Below the pieces are notes generated by a model, which saw only the letters and a program-made list of their open reading frames with translations, was not told the origin of the DNA and did no database searches. DNA of 63,635 nucleotides, counting the filler, from Chrysochromulina tobinii (Eukaryota): assembly GCA_001275005.1 (NCBI GenBank). It is 7 parts of 7 records of this genome, joined end to end, with 100 filler letters (N's around TTAATTAATTAA, not from the genome) between each part and the next. Parts side by side here need not be neighbours in the genome. Positions count along the whole stretch, not along the records: positions 44,969 to 55,709 come from JWZX01000014.1; positions 55,810 to 59,497 come from JWZX01000015.1; 5 more parts are not named here. The stretch is one strand, 5' to 3'. The position numbers and the translations under genes were made by a program. Positions 44,969 to 56,257 of this stretch are shown in pieces. Position 1 is the first letter of the stretch, and every line of letters begins with the position of its first letter.

Positions 44969-45564
44969 ACCCGAGCAGCGGCCGACCATACTACTACCAT
45001 CAGGCAAGCGGCACGACCCAATGGGAGACGCCGCCTAGCTATCCTAGTTACCCTAGTTACCCGAGCTATCTCGCCTGTCCCGCCATTCCAGGCAACGACG
45101 CGAGCGCCGCCACTAGCGCCGCCGCGAGCGCTTGGGCGGCGCCGCCGGCGAGTGGTGTGCACACGTCATCGAGCGCCGCCGCGAGCGCTTGGGCGGCGCC
45201 GCCGGCGAGTGGTGTGCACACGTCATCAGCGCCGTCGCCGGATGCGCCGACGGCGTCGACGCCGACGGCTCCCACCGTCGGCGCCGTGGTGGGCGGCGCC
45301 GTGGTGGGCGGCGCCGTGGTGGGCGGCGCCGTGGTGCGTGTGCGAGGCTTACCGGGGGCCATGTCCGACGCGGAGGTGCGTGAACTCTTCGGGTCGAGTG
45401 GTCGCATCCTGAGCGTGGCGCTCGAGCGCGGCGCCTACTCGGCCGGTGCACAGCCCAAGGAGGCGACGATCACCTTCGACGCGCGCGCTTCCGCGGAGCT
45501 CGCTGTGAAGACGATGGACGGCACAAAGCTGCGCCAGGCCACGCTGGCCGTCGAGCTGATGTGA
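44969..45564 (+). CDS. WW + RRM protein, 5'-partial
   Basis: Frame from 44971 reads PSSGRPYYYHQASGTTQWETP (WW) and continues into VRVRGLP..EVRELFG..ATITF..AVKTMDG (RRM). Confidence 0.8.
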
Positions 45565-45670
45565 CCGAAGACAGAGGGTTCGTCGAAGTCACAAAGCAGA
45601 GAGTCTGGTCGTGTTTTCCGTTGTGAAAAGGATCATGTGAAGGGCGTAGCCGTCGTGGTGGGCACTCAAA

Positions 45671-47229
45671 ATGTCTTTTTGTGTGCTCATCATTGCTGTG
45701 GCGTGCTCATCATTGCAAGGCTCGCAGCGTCTCGAGCGCGCGGCGAGCGGAGACACACGTCGCTCGCGATTCAGGACAGCCACAATTGGCCCGGCCATCT
45801 TCACGGCCTCTTCGCATCTGGCCTTGATCGCGGGCGCTTCGAGGCTGGTGAGCCCGCACGATCATGTGCTTGAGATTGGCTCGCAGCTGGGCGAGGTGAC
45901 GCGCTGTTTGGCCGATAAGGCTTCCAGCGTGCATGGAGTGGATATGGAACGCGAGCTACAAGGCAAGAGCGGCCGCACGGCTTCCTTTCGATCGCATTCG
46001 TCGCCCGAGGAGGCGGGCCTCACTGGTGTGCGATTCACACTTCTCGACCCATGGGATACGCGCGCGCTGCTGCAGGCCACCGGCGCCGACGAGGAGCCCA
46101 CATTTGCAGTCATCGATCTGAACCAAATTGTCGGCAACGACCTACCGCTCGAGGCGCTCGCGCTGGCCCGGCAGCTTGGCAAGACCTTCCCATCGCTCAC
46201 GAACGTGATCATCAAGTCCGGCGCGCTCGACAAGTTGCAGCGCCAATTGACGACGCTGCCAGAGCTCCGGGCGGAGAAGGGGCGCGCGCCACCGCCGAGC
46301 TGGCTCCCGCGCATTGTGGCCACACGTGGCGTGGCAGACTACCGCGCCGCAGCGCTCGAGGTGACGACGTCTGCTGGCGTCTGATGGTTACTGATTGACG
46401 TCTGAAGGCGTCTGAAGGCGTCTGATGGCGTCTGATGGCGTTTGATTGGCCTCTGATACTCATGGCGTCTGATGGCGCCTGATTGGCGTCTGATGGCGTC
46501 TAATGACCTCTGATGGCCTTTGATAGCCTCTGGTGGCCTCTGGTGACCTCTGATGGCCTTTGATGGCCGCTAAGAGTTGATTAAGGGGGCTGATCCTACC
46601 CCCTGATCCTGATCGAACCCCCGAGTGCAGATGATGGGCGCGTGGGCGGCAGAAGGGCGACAGGGCGTGCGGGTGCTCGAGGTAGGCTGCCACACGGGCA
46701 CGAGCACCGCGATGATGCATGCCAGAGCTCTGGCGGGTGGTGGCGACGGCTATGCGGTCGGTGTGGATGTGAGCCATTCGATCATCGAGCGAGCGGCCGG
46801 GCTGCATCCTGAGGTGCGTCGCTGAAGGCATCTGATCGCCTTCTGATCGCCTTCTGATGGCCACTGATGGCCTTCTAATCGCCTCTGATCGACAGACCTG
46901 AGGACCCTTGATGAATCTTGATGACCGCCGATGACCCCGGACGGACCCGACGGCAGGTGCGCCGGTTTGGAGTCGCGGACGCGTGGGACGTGTGCGCGCT
47001 CCAGAAGGCCATGCCGGAGGGCGAGTCGCCCCATCTGCTGCTTCTCGACGTGGGAGGCGTCTCCTCCTCGCATGGCGTCCTCGACGCGCTCGCTCTCGTA
47101 CGTCTCGTCTGCTCGACCTTCAAAGGAACCCTCGAGGCAGTGGTCGTCAAGTCACACGGCCTGCACGCGGCTGCACGTGCACTGAAGCCCGTTGGCTGGG
47201 GCGGGGCAACGGAGCGAGAAGGGTCCTGA
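45671..47229 (+). CDS. Protein with two tandem SAM-dependent methyltransferase-like domains; introns 46361-46630 and 46814-46956
   Basis: VLEIGSQLG..GVD and VLEVGCHTG..GVD, each followed by D(P/A)WD and ..(I/V)KS; both introns are GT-AG and in frame. Confidence 0.8.
46361..46630 (+). repeat. Intron with ~10-bp periodic CTGATGGC units
   Basis: GTCTGA(A/T)GGC and CTCTGATGGC arrays; similar array in intron 46814-46956. Confidence 0.85.
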
Positions 47230-47510
47230 GTTCAGACGCGGCCGCCGCGGTCGCCTCACTGGGGACGGGACATGAACGGTAAAACGAAAATGAAGGTATC
47301 CATTTCGGTCTCCAAATCCGCCGTCCCCCCAGGGCCGGCTGCGCGCTCCGCCGCTCTCACCTCGACGTCCGTCCCGCGGGCCTATGTACATATTCGTATA
47401 GAAGTTCTCGTCGCAAATGTAACGCTCCGGGCGACAATCCATGGCGACAATCACGTTCTCCTTGCGTCAACTTTACACGGGACAAAATGTGAATAAATGT
47501 ACAAGGGCGC

Positions 47511-48113
47511 TCAGCGCGAAGCCGACTCGATCACGCCAGCATACTTGCGCAGCCCTTCGTTGACCTTCGGCTCAGGGCTAGCGAGGAAGACGCTGTTTGG
47601 TGAGAAGGCATAGTTAAGGAGAAAGCCGCTGCCGACGAGCGCGACCAGAAAGATCGCGAGCCCTTTGACCTTGTCCGCAGTGCTGGAGATGGGCAAGACG
47701 GGCTCGTCCCTTGGGGCGGGCAGCCGCGTTGACGCAACGCCTGCCGGGTTGGTGGGCGTCAGCGGAGTAGCATCAGCAGACGAGGTGGATATGTCCTCGT
47801 TGGCCATACACAATTGGCGAGCGCGAAGCGATTCCGTGCGCGCGGCCTCGTTCTTCACGAAGAAGTCTTCACGCCGACTCATGAACGGTATAAGGCCCGC
47901 ATACAGCAGCGCGCCCGAGCCATAGCGCTTCACCTTGTCGTTCACCGAGGCGACCTTCAGAGCGGCGCGTGTGTCCTCGGCCTCCGCGCCGGCGACCAGA
48001 TTTGTCTTCAAAAATGTCCTCCGAGCGGAAAGGGCTGCGTCGACGTTCAGCGCCGTGGCCTCGAGGAACATCGTGAGCAGAAGAAGACGTGAGCAGCGCC
48101 AGAGCCCGCGCAT
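47511..48113 (-). CDS. Hypothetical signal-peptide protein with C-terminal transmembrane helix
   Basis: Hydrophobic N-terminus; GLAIFLVALVGSGFLLNYAF. Confidence 0.5.
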   Translation of the reverse strand: MRGLWRCSRLLLLTMFLEATALNVDAALSARRTFLKTNLVAGAEAEDTRAALKVASVNDKVKRYGSGALLYAGLIPFMSRREDFFVKNEAARTESLRARQLCMANEDISTSSADATPLTPTNPAGVASTRLPAPRDEPVLPISSTADKVKGLAIFLVALVGSGFLLNYAFSPNSVFLASPEPKVNEGLRKYAGVIESASR

Positions 48114-49422
48114 CCCCGAGGTCGGTACAGCGTCCACACCTCCGCGTTCTCTCTTGATGACTTTTGTGCGTGAGGTTCGTCACTCACTGGTTCGTCAAAC
48201 AAATCATGCCAAAATTCATGCACACTTCGTTCGACGAGCCGCCTCAACACGCAACCCTGTACAAAGAGACCTTCCCCTTCCCACTTTGCCTGGACCGGCC
48301 TCTGGACGATCTCCACGCGTGTTGGTTAGCATGTATCTGGATAGAATCGAGAACGTCGGACCGGGTCGAGATGCTGCATGCTGGTTGGTCAGATCGATTA
48401 AGGATGCTCTTCCCGAAAATCCATTCAGTCGCCCCTCCTGGAGGCCGAGTGGGCCCTAGCGATGGACAGCGAGCCGAAGGACAGGCTTCTTACTTGTCCC
48501 TTCACGCCATCAGCGAACAGATGTAGCGCCGCTTTTTTCGCAAGACGCAAACGCCCCTTCACACGAGACCACAACCTGCTAGCGCTCCTCCCATCGAGGA
48601 GTCCATGTACTGGCGGTGGTTGGAATATAGACGATGAGGCGCTCCGAATCGGCTGCGGCTCTCGGTGCTGTAGCGGTTGAAGGCTCGCGGCGAACAAGGC
48701 GGCGCGCGCAAGGGCGCCAAGGTGCTCTGCGGTGGCACGGCGTCAAATGGAGAGTTGGCGCCATCCCATGGCAATCCAGCCTGCGAACGTGAGAAGCCCA
48801 TGGTTGCTGCGTGCGACATGGGCATGAGCCCAGTGATGCGCGCCGATGGGGAACGGAGAAAGAGTTTGTTGCCGAAGCTATCGGGCGGGAGCGGTAGTGG
48901 CCGCGGCGTCGAGAGCGGCGACAGGGGGGAGGCGGATGGAATGACAACAGATCGCTCTTCGCTGAGAGTGCGGAGCGTCTTCATGTACATGTTGAGGGGC
49001 GAGACCTCGCGCGGCGAGTGCAAGGACACCAACATAACTTGTTCGGTTTCCAAAAGAGATCCTAGGTTTCATCTTGTTACATCTTGGTGACCGGACACGA
49101 TGGCGAACGCAATCTGCATGCGTCAACCTGGCATCCTTACAGGTCAGGCCAGATACCCCGTTCCGAAATTGCAAGCATCAAGCAAACATTGGAGGCTGGG
49201 CGAAGGTTGGCGCAGAAGTGCTGCTGCGCTGGCGGCGCGGGAGCGCCCGGGGAGCCGCCGGGGACCGGGGTGCACGATCCATGGCGCATGGGGTCACCCC
49301 GTTTTTCACCCAAGATGCAAGCGACTCTGAGCAGGTTTGCCCGTCGCGGATCCGGCAATCCGATCGTCGTCACACGTACTCACATCTTGATCTTCACACA
49401 CACATAACGACGAATTCCGACA

Positions 49423-52400
49423 CTAATTTGTGGCTTTGTAAATTGATGAAAGCTCATCCAGATCGGGCGATTGCTGGTGCTCGCCCATGACAAAGGCCAC
49501 GGGCCGAAGCACCTCAACGCCAAGTGCCGCGCTGAGGGCCTGGGTCTCGGACTTGAGCGCATTCGCGACGAGCGTTGCGGAGACGCGTGGCACGGTGGCA
49601 CTGAGGCGCAGCTGCAAGGTGGAGCCGGAGACAGGAGAGCTTGCGATGGCGGCTGCCCGGTCTGTGGCCTCTTCTGCTGCATGCAAGGCCGCGCTCACCT
49701 CAGCCGGCAGCCCCTCGGGCAGCAGCGCCGCCGCCGCTGCGTGCGCCGCGTGCTGCGACCTGACCACTGCAGCCCGCTGCTCGCGACTGATCATCGCCCT
49801 GTGGGGGAATGCGCCGAGCACCTCGAGCGCAGCGGGCTCGATGCCGATCAGCCCAGAGAACCGTTGCCTGAAGCCGGGGATGTCGAGGCTGCCAAGGTCA
49901 CCACGCACCGACACGTTGGCGAGGAGCAGCTGCGTCGATGCCAACGATGCGCGCACGCTGCTGGTGCTGGTGCTGGTGCTGGTGCTGTTCGCCTCCCTCT
50001 CCGCCTCCGCCGCCACTTGAGCTGAACGGCTGGTGCTATGGCTCCTAGTGCCAGCCTCCGCACCCTTCCCACTTGGCGCCGCCGTCGCCGCGACCGCAAG
50101 TTCCACTCCGTTCATCCCATGCCTAATTAGGGTCGCATGCTCTTCTTCGCTCATCTCGGGGTTGATCTCGGGGTTGAGGAGCGAATAGGGCAGCGGAGCG
50201 TCGTCCTGGGCGTCCTCGTCCTCGTCGTCGTCGGCGGCCTCGTCGTCGTCGGCGACCTCGTCGACCTTCGGCACCGTCGCCTCGCTGAGGAGCGCCTTAG
50301 GAAAGACCGAGCGCCGCCCCTCACCAGGGCGCTCCAGGCCGAGCGCCGTGTTGGGCGCATCGAGCGCCACCAAGGCGGTGGCGAAGGTGGGCGCGGCGAG
50401 CATCGTCACGTTGAGATCGGCGCCGAGGCGCGCAAGCGGAGCACTCAGACGCGACAAGGCCGCATCAACGGCCGCCTGCACCGAGATGGGATGCTCGGTA
50501 CGACGCTCGGGCAGCAGCGCCGCCACACGCACGAGGGTCGCGCCCGCGTGCGGCGCGTTCTTCTCGTCGGCTTCCGCCTCGAGCGACGCCTCCGCCGTGT
50601 TGAGCACCTTGGCCAGCCGCGAAACGAACGTCTTGACATTCACACCCTGGGCCGGGCGCGCGACTGTGAAGTTGCATGAAAGCAGCACGCCCATGCGCGG
50701 TGCAGGCGCCGTCGCGGGCGCACCACCCTTCGTGCCTACCGCGCCCGCGACGACGCCCGCGCCCGCGACGGCGCCCGCAAGGGCGCGGGCCGCCGCCGCT
50801 AGCCGCCGCTCCGCGCGCTCCTCGGCGCTCATCTCGGCGCTCATGGTTGCCTCCTCGTCGTCGTCGTGGGCAACCGCCGCGTCGGCGCTCGTGACGGCGC
50901 TCGAGGCGAGCCGAGACACCTGGCGCCCATCACGGCGCTCCCGCGCCGTTGGTGCCCTCGGGTCGGTCGCTGAGGGCGCCGTGCTGGGCGTCGTGCTGGG
51001 CGCGGCGGCGGCGGCGGAGGAGGCGGCGGCGGCCTCGGAGCTTGCCGACGCTGCCGGCGAGGCGACGTTCGGCGTCGATAGGAGGGTGGTGGTGTGTGCG
51101 AGGGCGGCGAGGGCGCCGGGAGGGGGCAGCTTCACATTCACAGTGGCGAGGGGCAGCTTCACAGTCACAGTGGCGAGGGTCCACTCGTCCGGCGGCATCG
51201 CTGTCTGGTGCACGATGGGCGACTCGAGATGCGCTTGCTCGAGGCCGAGGGCCGTCGCGAGCGCCGCGATGGGCACACGCCGCAGCTTGTACGCGACGGT
51301 GGCCGCCTGCTCCGCATCGCGGCAGCGCACCGAGATGTACGCGACGAGCCCGTGCACGTCGGCTGACCCAGCCGCACCGGCCGACGGCGGTGCGTCGAGG
51401 TCCGCGCTCGTCAGGTCGAGTGCCCCGGGGTGGCCGACGGCGTCGAGGGTGCGGGCGTGCACGGTGACGCGTTTGGCGCTCACTCCGGCGCGTGCACTGA
51501 GCACGGCGCGTAAGGCCGTCACCGGGAAGCCGGCCGCTGGCGAGGCGGTGACGAGGCGCACGGAGACGGTGCGAGCGAGCAGCGTGTCGACGCCCTCGTC
51601 CTCGTCCTCGTCCTCGCGCGCCAGCATGCCCGTATCCACTTCGATCATGGGAGTGGACCATTGCGGGGAGGCCACCAAGGGCGAGGGCGGAGGCGGCAGC
51701 TGCTGCAAGGACGCGCCCGCCGCCGCGGCGGCCATGTCATCCAGCGTGGCGGAGGCGTCCACAGAAGAGGCGGACGAGGCAGCGGTGGGGATAGCGGCAG
51801 GGGCGGCGGTGGGGGTGGCGGCGACGGCAACGGCAGGTGGAGCGTCGTCCACATCGCCCTCGACGAAGACGCTCACCACGGGCGGCGGCGAGGGCGGAGG
51901 CGGCGGCGACTGCTCCGGCGGCTTGACCAGCTCCGCATCGAGCGCCACGCTCAGCTCCGCGGTGGGGCGGTGCAGCAGCTCGAGCAGCGTGGCGCGCGAC
52001 GCCTTGTCGGCGGGGAGCAGGATGCGTGCGGTGACTGCAACGAGGCCTCCGTCGGAGACCGATTCGACGCTCACCTCGATGTTGCCTGCCGGTGTATGGA
52101 GGAAGTCGGCGAGCGCCTGGCCAAAGACCGCCCGGTCGAAGCCCGGATCGTCGTCGAGCAGCTGCACGCCGAAGCGGACGAGGGCGTGAGGCCCTTTGCT
52201 CGTGGCGGCAGGTGCCGCTTTGGCGTCTGATGGCGACGCGGCCGCGAGCGTGGTCGTCCCGCGAATATGGCTCGGCGGTGCTGTGTCGCTCAGCCGTGGC
52301 GCGTACGAACGCGCGCGGTTGGCGCCCGAACCGTATACGCCATAGGCCTCGAAACCATGCTCAACTCCCGACAAAGCGGGAAGGTGAGAGGGAATGCCCT

Positions 52401-52539
52401 CGAGCTCGCTGCTACGGCCTTGGACCAAATTAGACGGCTCCGATGTCGAGGTGTAAGGGAGCGGGTGCCCCGAGAGGCTCGGGGCCGCGACGAACGCGAC
52501 CAGGCCCAAGAGCGACATCCTATCCAAGGAGCCGCGCAT
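49423..52539 (-). CDS. Large secreted Ala-rich protein with about four repeated SEA-like modules
   Basis: Signal-like LLGLVAFVAA; repeats FDRAVFGQALADFL, FPVTALRAVLSARA, VNVKTFVSRLAKVL, LDIPGFRQRFSGLI. Confidence 0.6.
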   Translation of the reverse strand: MRGSLDRMSLLGLVAFVAAPSLSGHPLPYTSTSEPSNLVQGRSSELEGIPSHLPALSGVEHGFEAYGVYGSGANRARSYAPRLSDTAPPSHIRGTTTLAAASPSDAKAAPAATSKGPHALVRFGVQLLDDDPGFDRAVFGQALADFLHTPAGNIEVSVESVSDGGLVAVTARILLPADKASRATLLELLHRPTAELSVALDAELVKPPEQSPPPPPSPPPVVSVFVEGDVDDAPPAVAVAATPTAAPAAIPTAASSASSVDASATLDDMAAAAAGASLQQLPPPPSPLVASPQWSTPMIEVDTGMLAREDEDEDEGVDTLLARTVSVRLVTASPAAGFPVTALRAVLSARAGVSAKRVTVHARTLDAVGHPGALDLTSADLDAPPSAGAAGSADVHGLVAYISVRCRDAEQAATVAYKLRRVPIAALATALGLEQAHLESPIVHQTAMPPDEWTLATVTVKLPLATVNVKLPPPGALAALAHTTTLLSTPNVASPAASASSEAAAASSAAAAAPSTTPSTAPSATDPRAPTARERRDGRQVSRLASSAVTSADAAVAHDDDEEATMSAEMSAEERAERRLAAAARALAGAVAGAGVVAGAVGTKGGAPATAPAPRMGVLLSCNFTVARPAQGVNVKTFVSRLAKVLNTAEASLEAEADEKNAPHAGATLVRVAALLPERRTEHPISVQAAVDAALSRLSAPLARLGADLNVTMLAAPTFATALVALDAPNTALGLERPGEGRRSVFPKALLSEATVPKVDEVADDDEAADDDEDEDAQDDAPLPYSLLNPEINPEMSEEEHATLIRHGMNGVELAVAATAAPSGKGAEAGTRSHSTSRSAQVAAEAEREANSTSTSTSTSSVRASLASTQLLLANVSVRGDLGSLDIPGFRQRFSGLIGIEPAALEVLGAFPHRAMISREQRAAVVRSQHAAHAAAAALLPEGLPAEVSAALHAAEEATDRAAAIASSPVSGSTLQLRLSATVPRVSATLVANALKSETQALSAALGVEVLRPVAFVMGEHQQSPDLDELSSIYKATN

Positions 52540-52849
52540 CTCTCTGACGCGAACCCTAATTTGGGACAGTTTCGGGGACGCCTCAACAAAGGACGCCTCA
52601 ACAAAGAAGCACGTTCAAACGAACAACTCAAGAGTGCTGAACAGAAGCGGGGGGATCGCGCGCGCGGCGCGCGCACGCCCGTGCGTGCCGGACGGCAAGC
52701 GCGACGCACGCATTGCAAACGAAGTTCCGCCACAGGGCTTGCCACAGGAGCCGTTACCCCTACCCTAGATGCCTCCCTCTCACTAGGCATGACTGACACG
52801 CATCGTGAGGGGTTCAGCGACGGTGGCAGGGTTAGTTGGCACCGCAGCG

Positions 52850-54112
52850 TCAGCGGCTCCCGTAGAAGGCATTCGCATTGTTCGCAGCGAGCTCGAAGTC
52901 GACTGCACGCGAGTCCTGAACTTTTCGCTCCTGAGCGGGGACCGTAGACCGGATGTCTGCGCCCATCGATTGCATCCACGGACCGTAGATAGCTCCCAGT
53001 CGTACATTCGTTGGGAGGATAGCCCGTACCTGTTTCACGTCGTTGTTCGCGAGCGACTTGAAGATCGCGTGCGGGTCGGTCTTGCAGTTTTGGGTCGCCG
53101 ATTTGGTATCGCTCAGATGTTGTGAGGAGATCAACTCATAGACGCCCCTGTCGCCCATCGGCTCGGGCTTCAGGCCGACGAGCTTGAGCGCGTCGGCGAG
53201 GCACTTGGCGGCGCCCGCCGCATCCTTCCAACACGATTCGATCATCATCTGGCCGTCACTGAGAGACTTCGCTACGGTCTCGAAGATGTATGGCGCGCGA
53301 GCCATGCTGCAGTCGAACTCTGAGCCGGGAGGTGAGAACCGGTGGAAGATCGAAAACTGCCGGTCGCGCTCATTTCGGTTGAGCGTGAACGTCGCGATCT
53401 TGGGGTTCTGCTCGAACGACGCAAGCTCCTTTTTCCACGCCGGCAACCCAAACTCGTTCCGCTTCGTCGTGCAAGGGGACTCGTGGTCTTCCTTATCGCG
53501 AAACCCGGGTGTGACGGCGTCGACGAACTGTGGGAACATCTTGAGCGTGATCGTGCAGTCCGAGGGCGGGCACATGTCTTCGGGAATGTGCTTGCAGACC
53601 AGATCGCGCAGGCGGACGAAGTAGTCGGCGACTCCCTTGTCGTAGGCAAGTCCCTGGTACAGCGAGGGACTGTCTCCTGTGATGCCGGAGTACGCCGCCA
53701 AGGACTCTTCGGTATCAAGGTGATCAGCCAAATCCCTGAACATGTTGCCGAGCTTTTGCGTCAGCTGCGTGTTCGTCCGCTTTTTGAGCTTACCAGTTTG
53801 CGCGTCGAAGATGGCATTTCGCGTCTCGACGCTGCCTTCGCACTCGGCTATGTGGAACGTGCTCGACCACGGGCCGTCAGCGTTCGAGAAGGGCTCCCCG
53901 ACGTCGAACATGCACGGGTGGGTGTTCAGCGCATTTCCAAACTCAGTTGTTCCGCTTCCGTGGTCCGAGACGATGACCAGCACCTGCGGGCGTGCCCGTG
54001 GCACCGGCGCTGGCTGACCATAAAGTTCGTCCTGCTGCAGCGATAACTTTATGGTCTTGATCACGTTGTCCACAGGGGCACCCAACAGCAGTGAAGTGAC
54101 GAGAGAGATCAT
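52850..54112 (-). CDS. Secreted sulfotransferase-like protein
   Basis: Signal peptide; VIVSDHGSGTT..LNTHPCMFDVGEPF resembles the 5'-PSB loop region. Confidence 0.6.
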   Translation of the reverse strand: MISLVTSLLLGAPVDNVIKTIKLSLQQDELYGQPAPVPRARPQVLVIVSDHGSGTTEFGNALNTHPCMFDVGEPFSNADGPWSSTFHIAECEGSVETRNAIFDAQTGKLKKRTNTQLTQKLGNMFRDLADHLDTEESLAAYSGITGDSPSLYQGLAYDKGVADYFVRLRDLVCKHIPEDMCPPSDCTITLKMFPQFVDAVTPGFRDKEDHESPCTTKRNEFGLPAWKKELASFEQNPKIATFTLNRNERDRQFSIFHRFSPPGSEFDCSMARAPYIFETVAKSLSDGQMMIESCWKDAAGAAKCLADALKLVGLKPEPMGDRGVYELISSQHLSDTKSATQNCKTDPHAIFKSLANNDVKQVRAILPTNVRLGAIYGPWMQSMGADIRSTVPAQERKVQDSRAVDFELAANNANAFYGSR

Positions 54113-54317
54113 TTTCGTGGACGAAGCCTTTTTTGGAACTTTTCACTGATCCACATTTGGAACCCAGTCACGAATGCATGCCGTCCGCTTTTCACTTAAG
54201 AAGGGGCGCCGCGACCCAAGAAACCGCCTGCACAATGCATCTTGTGTGAAAAGGCCGTGACACTCGGCTTGGAAGAAACGCATGCAAATTTCACAGCTAC
54301 GAACTTTAACGTCGCCC

Positions 54318-55220
54318 ATGCAAAACACTGGACCCCGCGTCCTCGTCCCCCGCACCCCGCCGCCGCCCAGCAGCGTCGTGCGCCGAATGCGCAACACTGA
54401 CAACGGAGCGCCCTTCTTCGCGTGGCTCAACTCTGGCGAGCGTGTGTCCAAGTACCTCGGAGCTGAGCCTGTCTCTTACGAGCCGGCGCCACTGCCGCCT
54501 CGCGCACCAACGCGCTCTCCACCGCGATCGATTCCACCTCCGGCACCGGCCGAAGCACGAGCTCCGGTGCTACCGGTGCTGCCACCGCTGCCACCACCAG
54601 TGTACCCGACGCCTGCAGCAACGCTCGCGCGGACATCCTGCCCTTCCGTCTTCTTCGGTCCGCACGCTGGCTCGCCGGCTCTCCTGCGCACCTCACAGAG
54701 TGACTCGCCGTCGACGGAGCTCGGTGCCGCACCAACGCGCATGGACGCAGCAGCGCTCGCCACACCGCCGCCGGCGCCATCCTTCTCCTCACCGTCAGTA
54801 GCAGCTCCGCCTTCAACTGCATCCTCTAGGTTCACCACTGCGTCTTCGGCTGTGCCTTCGGCTGCATCCTCTCGTCCGCTGACGGCAGTCGCGGCGGCGG
54901 CGCCCACCTCAGCGGCGCCCACCCGAGACTGGCTCAGCGCGCACGCCGCCCGGCAGCGCGAGGCGGCGTCGGCACATGCCGCCGCCGCGCCCGCCACTGG
55001 CGCGTCCGGCGCCGCAGTTTCGTCAACTCTGCCAACCTCGAGCGCAGTTTCGTCAACTCTGCCAACCTCGAGCGCAGTTTCGTCAACTCTGCCAACCTCG
55101 AGCGCAGTTTCGTCAACTCTGCCAACCTCGAGCTCGGCGGCGGCGGCGGCCTCATCGGGCGCCAAGCGGCTCGCCGGCGGTAAGCGGAGGCTCGAGAACC
55201 TCGAGGTGCGATCTCGCTGA
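54318..55220 (+). CDS. Hypothetical Pro/Ser/Ala-rich protein, probably continuing into an intron at 55206
   Basis: ORF ends just after GAG|GTGCG, followed by TGAT-periodic sequence. Confidence 0.4.
   Translation: MQNTGPRVLVPRTPPPPSSVVRRMRNTDNGAPFFAWLNSGERVSKYLGAEPVSYEPAPLPPRAPTRSPPRSIPPPAPAEARAPVLPVLPPLPPPVYPTPAATLARTSCPSVFFGPHAGSPALLRTSQSDSPSTELGAAPTRMDAAALATPPPAPSFSSPSVAAPPSTASSRFTTASSAVPSAASSRPLTAVAAAAPTSAAPTRDWLSAHAARQREAASAHAAAAPATGASGAAVSSTLPTSSAVSSTLPTSSAVSSTLPTSSAVSSTLPTSSSAAAAASSGAKRLAGGKRRLENLEVRSR
55014..55133. repeat. 30-bp tandem repeat x4
   Basis: GCAGTTTCGTCAACTCTGCCAACCTCGAGC x4. Confidence 0.95.
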
Positions 55221-55328
55221 GGACCTCTGATGGCCTCTTGAGGGCCTTTGATGAGAACGTCCGAGGTGCTGCCGCGTGAGCCTCGTCGTTGCGATCACGC
55301 GGCAGCGCCCACGCTCATCTGCAGTGCG

Positions 55329-55709
55329 TTACCCAAGCTTAGCACTCACCAAGTTGACTGGCTGCGAAAAGTTGACGCCGTCTCTGTTGGACGAAAAGGC
55401 CATGGCGACGCACGCGTTGGGTGGCTGGCTCACGGGGAAGAGCGCCAGCAGCGAGCCGCGTTTGACGGGATTAGCCTGCACGAGAAAGAAGTAGATGTCA
55501 ACCGTCTCCGCTGGCAGTCCCTTGATCGTCACAGGCTCCCAAGGAGACCACGTGCGCAAGTTGAGTCAAGTCTTGTCTTGCATGCTCTGCCTTGCATGCA
55601 AGCGCTCACCACGGCGCGCCTGCTTCCCCACAGGTGCTGCTGCGTGAGCAGCTGTCGCACCTGCACGCGCTGCTCTCGCCGCCGACTCGCACCGAGATCG
55701 AGTGGGTCG
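55329..55709 (-). pseudogene. Gene fragment resembling a glycoside-hydrolase-type beta-propeller
   Basis: TWSPWEPV..DIYFF..NPV..SSNRDGVNFS (Asp-box-like), ending in an early stop. Confidence 0.3.
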
Positions 55710-55809
55710 NNNNNNNNNNNNNNNNNNNNNNNNNNNNNNNNNNNNNNNNNNNNTTAATTAATTAANNNNNNNNNNNNNNNNNNNNNNNNNNNNNNNNNNN
55801 NNNNNNNNN
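55710..55809. other. Artificial contig spacer
   Basis: N44-TTAATTAATTAA-N44. Confidence 0.99.
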
Positions 55810-56257
55810 ACCGGACTCGGCGTCGCCGTCGGTGCGATTCGCTCTTGCCGTGGTCGGCATCGACCACGGGCGTCGCCTCGAAGCCCGAACGGGCCGACCC
55901 GAGCGCGTCTGAAGCCGCCAGCGAGCCCGGCAGCGACGCGCTCAAATGCGTTCCGCCACTTAGAGAAAAAAAGGAGGGTTCCAGATCTCGGGAAATCCAG
56001 CTAAGGTGTAGCGTTTTGTCAAACTTGAACGACATTTTGGCTACGGCTCGCGAGCAGAAGAGATCGAGGCCTCCTCAGGCCATCCTCGCGAACTCGAATG
56101 ACCGGGAAAATTGTGAAATGAGATATTTCACAATCAATAAATATTCCGTTCCAGTGAGAGATAGTGTAGGTGGCTCATCGCATTGAATACCTCCTGGGTG
56201 TCAATTGACGGTTCCTGTCTCGACGTTCCTAACTGTCGCCACTCCTGTTTAGTCGTG

